This document shows, one piece after another, positions 7,798 to 19,066 of a stretch of 19,269 nucleotides of DNA. The translations under genes and the position numbers were made by a program. The stretch comes from an uncultured bacterium (GTDB lineage Bacteria; Lernaellota; Lernaellaia; Lernaellales; Lernaellaceae): the NCBI GenBank assembly GCA_964534375.1, contig CAZHPN010000123.1, positions 1 to 19,269 of the forward strand, read 5' to 3'. Numbering within the stretch: the first letter of the stretch is position 1; the number at the start of each line of letters is the position of its first letter. Under the pieces are notes generated by a model that was given only the letters and a program-made list of their open reading frames with translations, ran no database searches and was not told the DNA's origin.

Positions 7798-9354
7798 ATG
7801 CACAACCGAGTTATTCGCACGTCCGTTCTCTTGGCGCTGGCCACGGTGCTGTTCCTGGCGCTGGCGAGCCCGCCCGCGGCGTCGGCCGCGCCGATCGATC
7901 GCCTCGCGTGGTCGACGGTGCAAGCGGGCGGCAAGAGTTGCGATTTCTTTTCCTGCCCGCTTGGCTGTTGCGACAACCAGGGCAATTGCCATACGGATGA
8001 GGACGCCCAATATTGCGGCATCGGCGGCACTTCCTGCAGCACGTGCACGCCGCCGAGCCCCAATTGCATCGAGGGATTTTGCGAGGGCTGCGGCGTGGTG
8101 GATTGCCCGACGGGCTGCTGCGACTCCAGCGGTTACTGCCACACCAACGACGACGCCCAATACTGCGGCATCGCCGGCACGTCGTGCGCCACGTGCAACC
8201 AGCCGACGCCCTATTGCGAAGCCGGCTTCTGCATCGGCTGCGACGCGGTCATCTGCCCGGTCGGCTGCTGCGACACGAACGGCGTTTGCCACACCGAGGA
8301 GTCTCCCCAGTATTGCGGGTATTATGGCGACGCCTGCTCCGCCTGCGCGCCGCCGAATCCCTATTGCTTCGACGAAGGCGTTTATTCCCAATGCACGCCC
8401 TGCAACACGCTCACGTGCCCGCTGGGGTGTTGCGGCTCCGACAGTTATTGCCACACCGACGAGGACGCCCAATATTGCGGAATTGGCGGACTCTCCTGCG
8501 ACACTTGCACGGGGACGACGCCGAATTGCCTCGCCGGCGTATGCGTGGAGTGCGACCTCGTGACGTGCCCGACCGGGTGCTGCGACACGAACGGCGTTTG
8601 CCACACCGAGAACGACGCCCAGTATTGCGGCATCGCCGCCACGTCCTGCGGCGCCTGCACCGGGGCGACCCCCAATTGCGACAATGGCTTTTGCGTCGGC
8701 TGCAGCAACCAATATCCGTGCACCAACGGCTGTTGCGACACCGATAGCAGCGTCTGTTTCCCCGGCACGAGCAACAACGAGTGCGGCGGCGTCGGCGCCG
8801 CGTGCGCGGATTGCACGGGCAACAGCGACTTCTGCCAGAACAACGCGTGCGTGAGCTGCAGCCCGCAGACCTGCGCGAGCGGCTGCTGCGACACCACCGG
8901 CGCTTGCCAGGCCGGAACGGCCGGCGACGCTTGCGGCGCCGGCGGAACGCAGTGCGCAAATTGCGCCTTGCAGGACGAAGACTGCGTCAGCCAGGTCTGC
9001 GTAACGCCCACGGACGATGACGACGACGACAACGACGACAACGACGACGACAACGCCTGCGGCGCCGATAATTGCGCGGCCGGTTGCTGTTATCACGACC
9101 AGTGCTGGCCCGGGATCGCCGACGACAACTGCGGCGTGGGCGGAATCGCCTGCGTCGATTGCACGACGAGCGGCGAGATTTGCCAAGACAATAAGTGCGT
9201 CGCCGGCGACGACGACTCTTCGCCCGACGACGACACGTCGCCCGACGACGACTCTTCGCCCGACGACGACACCTCGCCGGCGGCGGACGACGACACTTCG
9301 CCGGCTCCGATTCACCACGGGAGCAAGAGTTCGAGCGGCGGCTGCGGCTGCTGA
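7798..9354 (+). CDS. Exported protein made almost entirely of eight ~50-aa 10-Cys repeats, Asp-rich linkers and C-terminal SSSGGCGC; 518 aa
   Basis: AAGGAG at 7786-7791 then ATG 7798; SPI-like MHNRVIRTSVLLALATVLFLALASPPAASA; repeats at 7939-9207 with a D-run between units 7 and 8; tail at 9208-9354. Confidence 0.88.
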   Translation: MHNRVIRTSVLLALATVLFLALASPPAASAAPIDRLAWSTVQAGGKSCDFFSCPLGCCDNQGNCHTDEDAQYCGIGGTSCSTCTPPSPNCIEGFCEGCGVVDCPTGCCDSSGYCHTNDDAQYCGIAGTSCATCNQPTPYCEAGFCIGCDAVICPVGCCDTNGVCHTEESPQYCGYYGDACSACAPPNPYCFDEGVYSQCTPCNTLTCPLGCCGSDSYCHTDEDAQYCGIGGLSCDTCTGTTPNCLAGVCVECDLVTCPTGCCDTNGVCHTENDAQYCGIAATSCGACTGATPNCDNGFCVGCSNQYPCTNGCCDTDSSVCFPGTSNNECGGVGAACADCTGNSDFCQNNACVSCSPQTCASGCCDTTGACQAGTAGDACGAGGTQCANCALQDEDCVSQVCVTPTDDDDDDNDDNDDDNACGADNCAAGCCYHDQCWPGIADDNCGVGGIACVDCTTSGEICQDNKCVAGDDDSSPDDDTSPDDDSSPDDDTSPAADDDTSPAPIHHGSKSSSGGCGC

Positions 9355-9379
9355 CCCCATAGTTCTTCTGGCAACGCGG

Positions 9380-9409
9380 AAGGGCGCCGGCAACGGCGCC
9401 CTTTTTCTT
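9380..9409 (+). terminator. Rho-independent terminator after the Cys-repeat genes
   Basis: AAGGGCGCCG-GCAA-CGGCGCCCTT stem with a GNRA loop, running into TTTTTCTT. Confidence 0.85.
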
Positions 9410-9588
9410 GAATGGCGCCGCGAATTGAGCGCGCCGCAGCGTGAAAAATCAGCGCTTTCGCTGAAATATCCGCACAAGAAAGTTCATTTTTGCGCCCATG
9501 TTGCGACGCAGTCGCATCGTCGCCCGTCAAATCGACCAAAATGATAACTTTTTTGTCCGTGATTCACGGCGCGGGCGCGCGGCCGTGT

Positions 9589-9604
9589 TGGCAAGCTAAT
9601 TGCT
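9589..9604 (+). promoter_or_regulatory. sigma54 (RpoN) -24/-12 promoter
   Basis: TGGCAAGCTAATTGCT matches TGGCAC-N5-TTGCW with exact GG-N10-GC spacing; upstream palindromes at 9502-9516 and 9449-9464 and an AT-rich stretch at about 9529-9555. Confidence 0.65.
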
Positions 9605-9636
9605 AAGTCAACATAGCGGTTCACCAGAGGGCTGCG

Positions 9637-9822
9637 ATGTATTGCGTGGAATTGCTCAATGGCCGCGTTGTGGAGGTGAACGGCGCCGAATTGAAGCGCC
9701 GGCGGGCGGTGATTCGCTGCCTGCTGCTGGAAGAACTCGCCGAGGCGAGCGCCTCGGCTGAGAACGGGCGAGAGGGAAACGCCGGCCGCGCCGGCGCGTC
9801 GCGAAAACGCGTTCGCCGCTGA
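9637..9822 (+). CDS. Small hypothetical protein, 61 aa
   Basis: AGAGGG RBS-like sequence before ATG 9637, directly downstream of the sigma54 motif; no recognisable family. Confidence 0.45.
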   Translation: MYCVELLNGRVVEVNGAELKRRRAVIRCLLLEELAEASASAENGREGNAGRAGASRKRVRR

Positions 9823-9835
9823 AAATGCGCTGAAT

Positions 9836-9948
9836 CGGAATCATGGCAATCATGGGAATCATGAGACGTAGGCGACGTATGGCGCCAAGTCGCCACCGGC
9901 GAGTCGGCGAAGACGACCGATAAGTCCCCTAGGTCCTGCAGGTCCTAT
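9836..9948. repeat. 9-bp-unit inverted-repeat element between convergent genes
   Basis: Left units CGGAATCAT GGCAATCAT GGGAATCAT GAGACGTAG GCGACGTAT; right units TAAGTCCCC TAGGTCCTG CAGGTCCTA. GGGAATCAT is the reverse complement of the unit at 14247-14300. Confidence 0.6.
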
Positions 9949-9966
9949 TGAGATTTTCGCCGTCGC

Positions 9967-10911
9967 CTACCGCGCCGTCACAAACCGCAGTACGGCCGCC
10001 GCGGCCTGATCGCCGGGTTGGGGCATCAGGACGAACACGGCGATGTGGCTGCGGCCGGGCGCGGTCACGGTGTTCGCCGAGCCGCCGGCCGCGCGGATCG
10101 CCGCGGCCATCGCCTCCGCCTCGGGCTGGGTTACGAACGGGTCCTCGGCGCCGCGAATGATGAGAAACGGCGGCAATCCCGGCCGCACATGGGCCAGTGG
10201 CGACATCGACCAGCGGAACGGCAGATCGCTGTCGAACGCGAAACCGATCGTCAGCCGCGTGGCCCAGCGCCGGGTCGACGAGATGTCGCGCAAGTCGAAC
10301 GGCGCGGAAACGGGGACGACGCCGGCCGGGACGTTCGGCGGGGCGCCCAGCGCATCGAGATATTTGCGGTCGGCGGCGATCAGCGCGGCCAATTGCCCGC
10401 CCGCGCTATGGCCGAGCAGAAAGATCCGTTGCGGATCGCCGTGAATTTGCGCCGCGTGGCGATGCAGCCAGACGGTCGCCCGCGCCGCATCCCAGGGCAG
10501 GTCGGCCGCGGCGACGAACGGCCGGACGCGATAGTCGATCGCCGCCGCGATCACGCCGCGTTCGGCCAGCCACGCGGCCACCTCGCCGCACTGGCGGCGA
10601 TCGCCCGACGCCCAGCCGCCGCCGTGCAGCAGGCCGACGATCGGCGCGGCCGTCTCGCCCAGGCCGAAGGGCACGTACAGATCGAGCCGCTGCCGTTGAC
10701 TGGCCGGCGCCGCGCCGTCGAGGTAATCGATGTCGGTGCGGCGAACGTACCGGGCGTTTTTCGGCAGCGGCCGGCTGCCGTGGGGAAAATTGCCGCTCAG
10801 CCACCACGCAAACAGCCAGATCCCGAACGGGACGGCGGCGACAGCGAGAAGCGCGAACCAGCGCCGGCGGCGTTTTTTCGGGTTGGGCGAGGGCGTCGAG
10901 TTCGCGGTCAA
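9967..10911 (-). CDS. Membrane-anchored alpha/beta hydrolase (HSL/BD-FAE-like esterase), about 314 aa
   Basis: HGGGW oxyanion motif, GHSAGG nucleophile elbow, GAEDPFV (Asp), GRSHI (His); N-terminal KKRRRR plus a hydrophobic helix. The TTG start is uncertain. Confidence 0.9.
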   Translation of the reverse strand: MTANSTPSPNPKKRRRRWFALLAVAAVPFGIWLFAWWLSGNFPHGSRPLPKNARYVRRTDIDYLDGAAPASQRQRLDLYVPFGLGETAAPIVGLLHGGGWASGDRRQCGEVAAWLAERGVIAAAIDYRVRPFVAAADLPWDAARATVWLHRHAAQIHGDPQRIFLLGHSAGGQLAALIAADRKYLDALGAPPNVPAGVVPVSAPFDLRDISSTRRWATRLTIGFAFDSDLPFRWSMSPLAHVRPGLPPFLIIRGAEDPFVTQPEAEAMAAAIRAAGGSANTVTAPGRSHIAVFVLMPQPGDQAAAAVLRFVTAR

Positions 10912-10935
10912 CGGCGGGCTCTAGAGAGTTACGGG

Positions 10936-10986
10936 ATCACAGACAGACAAATGAAAACACTCCGTGTCCTCTGTGGCTCTGTGGTT
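10936..10986. repeat. Short CTCTGTG-type tandem/inverted repeat remnant
   Basis: ATCACAGAC on the left and CTCCGTGTC CTCTGTGG CTCTGTGGTT (10960-10986) on the right. Confidence 0.4.
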
Positions 10987-11176
10987 CGTATTCATTTTCG
11001 TCCGCCGACTATATAACATGTTCGCCTGCGGGCGAAAGACGGCGCCCGCGCTCTTGTCGCGCCGCGCCGGGTTTGGCATACTTTTGCGGCCGGGTTGACG
11101 GCGAAAGCGTCCGCGAAATTACGAACAGCACGGCCGGCCGGCGACGGTCGGCGACGCCCGCACAGGTTGCAACGGA

Positions 11177-12274
11177 ATGAGTGAACAGCGCGTCGCCTGG
11201 GTCGATGCCCTGCGCGGCATGGGCATCGTCTCCGTCATGTTGTGCCACAACCAGATCGAGCCGGCGCCTTTCAAGTTTCTGAAACTGATCCTCGTGCCGG
11301 TGTTCTTTTTTGCGTCCGGCCTCGTGTTCAATCCGGGGAAATACGACAGCTATCGCGCCTTCGTCCGGCGCCGGTTTCGCGCCCTGATCGTGCCGTATCT
11401 GTTCTATTCGGGCGTCGCCTGGGTCTTCTGGCTCCTTGTCGGGCTCTGGAGCAATTTTCACCTCCACACGCCGCAGCCGGCGATCGGCCTGACGCTCGCG
11501 ATGGCCCTGATCGGCGTGCCGTACGGCATTGCGCCGCTCATGCCGTACAACATTCCGCTCTGGTTTCTCACCTGCCTGTTTTCGGCCGACAGCGTCCTTT
11601 TTCTCCTGCAACGGCGCGTGAAAACGCCGGGCAAACTGCTGTTCTGGATGGCGGCGCTGTCGGTCGTTGGTTTTCTTTACGGCGCGAACCCGCGCGATCT
11701 CCGGCTTCCGTGGAACTTCGACACGGCGCTTTCCGTCGTCTTTTACTACGGCGCCGGCTACCTGTTTCGCCGGCGCTTCGGGCTGAGCCTGACGTGGCCC
11801 TGGTGGGGCAAGCTGCCGATCGCCGCCGCTTTCCTGGCGCTGTCCGTTTATCTGAGCACGTTCAATCCGCAGACCTATCTGTTCCTCAACCAGCTCGGCA
11901 GTTGGCCGTGGTTTCACGCCACGTCGCTGACGTGCATCGTGGCGTTCGTGCTGATCGCGCAACTGATCGCGCCGACGCGCTTGTTCAGCTACCTCGGCCG
12001 CAATTCGCTGCCCCTGCTCGGTTTGCACGTCATGGGCATCGTCGTGTTTCGCACGATCGTCGGCGCCGCGACGCCGATCGCGTTCGACCAGAATGTGGCC
12101 ACGACGATGTGGTCGTCCTATTGGACCGCGGGCGCCATTCTGGTGGTCATGCCCTTCATCGAAATTATGAACAAACATGCCCCGTGGACCGTTGGCCGGC
12201 CGAAGCCAAAAACGCCCGCCGGCCCGCCCGCGGCCGCAACGGGCGGCGACGCGGACCCATCCGGCGCGGTTTGA
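11177..12274 (+). CDS. Acyltransferase-3 (OafA-like) family membrane O-acyltransferase, 365 aa
   Basis: RVAWVDALRGMGIVSVMLCH, VPVFFFASG, RRRFRALIVPY, PLWFLTCLF, YLGRNSL..H; about 10 hydrophobic segments. Confidence 0.9.
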   Translation: MSEQRVAWVDALRGMGIVSVMLCHNQIEPAPFKFLKLILVPVFFFASGLVFNPGKYDSYRAFVRRRFRALIVPYLFYSGVAWVFWLLVGLWSNFHLHTPQPAIGLTLAMALIGVPYGIAPLMPYNIPLWFLTCLFSADSVLFLLQRRVKTPGKLLFWMAALSVVGFLYGANPRDLRLPWNFDTALSVVFYYGAGYLFRRRFGLSLTWPWWGKLPIAAAFLALSVYLSTFNPQTYLFLNQLGSWPWFHATSLTCIVAFVLIAQLIAPTRLFSYLGRNSLPLLGLHVMGIVVFRTIVGAATPIAFDQNVATTMWSSYWTAGAILVVMPFIEIMNKHAPWTVGRPKPKTPAGPPAAATGGDADPSGAV

Positions 12275-12275
12275 A

Positions 12276-14150
12276 ATGGCGATGCAGTTCACTGCAACGT
12301 ATCTCGCCTATTTTGTCTTTCTGGCGGCGAACTTCTATGCGGCCGGCGCCGCCGGCTTGCGCCTCATTCGCTGGCGCGAGGAGAACGCGGCGGCGCGCAC
12401 CGTGTTGGCGTTCGCGTCGGGCATGATCTTTTGGATGTATTTCATCTTCCTGCTGAGCGCGGCCCAGATCTTGCGTTTCGGCGCGGTGGCCGCGGGCCTC
12501 GTCGCGGTCTTCGCGGCGTTCGCGCTGACGCACGCCGGCGCGGCGCGACAATGGATCGCGACGCTGCGCCGTCGGCCGGCGGCGGGGACGGCGCCGCCGG
12601 TGGGAACATCGCCGCCGCGCTTTCGGGGCCTGCGGTTGGCGCTGGCCGGCCTGGTCGCGGTCTATTTGGGACATCGATTTCTAGCGGCGTTGGCCCACGC
12701 GCCGGCGTGGGATGCGCTGACTTATCACCTTTTGGTCCCCAAACTCACCATCGCCCATCACGGCTTTCGGCCGATCGCTTTCAACGTTTATTCCCATTGG
12801 CCGATGAACGCGGAGCAGCTTTTCACGCTGGCGCTGACGATCAAGGATTATCGACTGGCGGCGTTGGTCCATTTCGGCTTCGGCCTGTTGTGCTTGTGGC
12901 TGATCCGGATCATGTGCCGCGAGGCCGGCCGGCCGGAGATGGCCTTGTTCGGCGTGCTGTGGTTCGTGCAAAACCCGGCGGTCGGCGACGAATTCAGCGT
13001 CGCGTACATCGACGTCGCCTGCGCCTTTTTCATGCTGGCGGCGTTCTGGCAAATCCGGCGCAGCCTGGCGGAGGCGGCGGCGCGGCGCCGGCATCTGCTC
13101 GCGGCCGGAGTGTTCGCCGGCGCGTTGGCCGGCTGCAAGTTCAATGGCTTTTTCGGCGCCGCGTGCCTGGCGGTCGTCTATGTCATCGAGCGCCGGCGCG
13201 AGGGCCGGCTGGCGCAGATCGCCGGCGAGACGTTGCTGTATTTTGCGGCGCCGGCCGTGCTGCTCTGGGCGCCGTGGGCGGTGAAGAGCGCGCTGGAAAC
13301 CGGCAACCCGGTGTATCCGGAACTGTTCGGCTGGTTCGGCGGCATCGAATGGAACGCCGAATTGACGCGGCGTCTGCACCAGTGGCATTGGTCGATCGGC
13401 ATGGGCCGCCGCTGGTTCGATTACCTGCTGCTGCCGTTCCGCGTATTTTTGCACAGCGACGTCGGCTTCGAGCGCTTCGCCGGCGCGCTGGGGCGGCACT
13501 GGGCGTTCTTCATTCCGTGGGCGCTGCTTGCTTCGCGGCGGCCGGTGGTCCGTTGGGGGCTGGCGACCGCCGGGCTTTATTTCGTGCTCTGGAGCGCGAC
13601 CTCGCAGCAAACCCGCTTTCTCGCGCCGGCGCTGCCCCTGCTCAGCGTCGCCTGCGCCGTCGCGCTCGGCGACTGGTTCGCCCGGCCCGGCGCCAGCCGC
13701 CGTTGGGTCGAGGGCGTGCTGCTGGCGCTGTCCGGCGTGTGGCTCGCGCTGTCGATCGGCGGGCTGAGCAGCGCCCTCGGCGTCTGGAACGGCGATTACG
13801 CGCGCCAGATTGCCGCGGATCCGACGCCGCCGCTGTACCGGTACGTCAACGAGAACCTGCCCGCCACCGCGCGGCTGCTGTTCTTGCACACCAATCGCGG
13901 TTTCTTTTGCGACCGGGAATACATCGCCGACAGCTTTTTCCAGGCGTCGCAGATCGACGAGCTGCTGCTGCGCGGCGGCGGGCCGGCGATCGACGCGCGG
14001 CTGGCGGCCATGGGCGTCACCCATGTGCTGGATTGGCCGGCCGCGAAGGCCGGCTCGTATTCGCGCGAATTTCTGAACCTGCTGGCCGACCCTGCACGTT
14101 TTCGACTCGTGCGCCAGGACGAGGGCGCAAAGCTTTACGAGCGGCTCTGA
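12276..14150 (+). CDS. Polytopic membrane protein, probable GT-C fold glycosyltransferase (ArnT/PMT-like), 624 aa
   Basis: ATG 1 nt after the acyltransferase TGA; WDALTYHL loop motif, AYID, AGCKFNG, TGNPVYP, QQTRFLAP and many TM segments followed by a soluble C-terminal domain. Family assigned by motif recall only. Confidence 0.72.
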   Translation: MAMQFTATYLAYFVFLAANFYAAGAAGLRLIRWREENAAARTVLAFASGMIFWMYFIFLLSAAQILRFGAVAAGLVAVFAAFALTHAGAARQWIATLRRRPAAGTAPPVGTSPPRFRGLRLALAGLVAVYLGHRFLAALAHAPAWDALTYHLLVPKLTIAHHGFRPIAFNVYSHWPMNAEQLFTLALTIKDYRLAALVHFGFGLLCLWLIRIMCREAGRPEMALFGVLWFVQNPAVGDEFSVAYIDVACAFFMLAAFWQIRRSLAEAAARRRHLLAAGVFAGALAGCKFNGFFGAACLAVVYVIERRREGRLAQIAGETLLYFAAPAVLLWAPWAVKSALETGNPVYPELFGWFGGIEWNAELTRRLHQWHWSIGMGRRWFDYLLLPFRVFLHSDVGFERFAGALGRHWAFFIPWALLASRRPVVRWGLATAGLYFVLWSATSQQTRFLAPALPLLSVACAVALGDWFARPGASRRWVEGVLLALSGVWLALSIGGLSSALGVWNGDYARQIAADPTPPLYRYVNENLPATARLLFLHTNRGFFCDREYIADSFFQASQIDELLLRGGGPAIDARLAAMGVTHVLDWPAAKAGSYSREFLNLLADPARFRLVRQDEGAKLYERL

Positions 14151-14167
14151 GACAACGCCCGGGCCAC

Positions 14168-14307
14168 GGGAATTCTGGGAATTCTGGGAGTTATGGGAAT
14201 TCTGGGAGTTATGGGCAGGCCGCCTCGCGGCAAGGTCGTGGCTGCCATGATTCCCAGTCATCCCAGGACTCCCATGATTCCCGGAATTCCCATGATTCCC
14301 ATTTTTT
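14168..14307. repeat. 9-bp-unit tandem arrays in inverted orientation (long imperfect hairpin plus T-tract)
   Basis: Five units GGGA(A/G)TT(C/A)T at 14168-14212; six complementary units (ATGATTCCC, AGTCATCCC, AGGACTCCC, ATGATTCCC, GGAATTCCC, ATGATTCCC) at 14247-14300; TTTTTT at 14302-14307. Confidence 0.82.
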
Positions 14308-14452
14308 CGTGCGCTGGCTGATCTTCGCCACCGTTTTCCCGCCTTGACCGCCCTGCGAATTGCTGTTCAAATTCCCCCTGCGGCCAGGCGTCCGAGAAGG
14401 GTTTCTTTTCCCCGCCGCCGTCGTTCCGGGCGACCGGAAGAAAAACAGCGCA

Positions 14453-18469
<4,017 letters not shown>

Positions 18470-18489
18470 CGATTGCGGAGGAGGCCGGC

Positions 18490-18864
18490 ATGGCCGGTGA
18501 AAAAATTCTCGTCGTCGAAGACAACGACGCCAACATGCTGTTGACGACCGATATTCTCGAGGTCTCGGGTTACGTGGTCGTGCAGGCCGAATCGGCCGAG
18601 CAGGCGATCGCCATGGCGCGGGCCGAGGCGCCGGCGCTGATCTTGATGGACATCGCGCTGCCGGGCATGGACGGCCTGGCTGCCGCCGGGCTGCTCAAAG
18701 CCGACGAAGCCGCACGGCGCATCCCCATCGTGGCGCTGACCGCCTACGCCATGAAGGGCGATCGCGAACGCATCCTTGCCGCCGGCTGCGACGGCTACGT
18801 CACCAAGCCGTTCGAGATCGCCGAGTTTCTCAAGACGGTCGCGGAATTCGTCGGAAAAAAGTAG
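18490..18864 (+). CDS. Single-domain response regulator (CheY/DivK-like), 124 aa
   Basis: GGAGGAGG at 18477-18484 then ATG 18490; ILVVEDN, LILMDIALPGMDG, ALTAYAM, GYVTKPF. Confidence 0.95.
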   Translation: MAGEKILVVEDNDANMLLTTDILEVSGYVVVQAESAEQAIAMARAEAPALILMDIALPGMDGLAAAGLLKADEAARRIPIVALTAYAMKGDRERILAAGCDGYVTKPFEIAEFLKTVAEFVGKK

Positions 18865-18949
18865 CGGGCGTTCGCGCCGAACGGAGTCTGGGAAACTCGT
18901 CGGTTGCCGGCGCCGCAAACCGTGCCGCCCCGCCAACGCCGCTTTTGGC

Positions 18950-18978
18950 TTGACATGCGGGGGGGATTGGCGGATTTT
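18950..18978 (+). promoter_or_regulatory. Candidate sigma70-like promoter for the final lipoprotein
   Basis: TTGACA (18950-18955), 17 nt spacer, GATTTT (18973-18978). Confidence 0.3.
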
Positions 18979-19066
18979 AGCGCCAGACTCGGATCCGGAA
19001 AGATTGTGGCGTTCGCTAGGGAAGTTGCGGCGCGCCGAGTGGGTTTCGCACGTGGGAGGAAGGCAA

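Noticed and set aside
5896..9477. 1193-aa minus-strand ORF
   Set aside because: Antisense shadow of two well-formed plus-strand genes. Its poly-Val/Arg runs are simply the reverse of the GAC tracts, and long stop-free antisense frames are expected at high GC.
11074..11088. sigma54-like TGGCATACTTTTGC upstream of the acyltransferase
   Set aside because: Spacing is GG-N9-GC, one base short of the obligatory GG-N10-GC.
11020..11170. Riboswitch-like leader with GAAA-containing hairpins before the acyltransferase
   Set aside because: No match to an aptamer consensus I recognise; the short stems are expected by chance at this GC content.
14168..14300. Possible CRISPR array
   Set aside because: The units are 9 bp, contiguous, spacer-less and inverted; there are no cas genes in the window.
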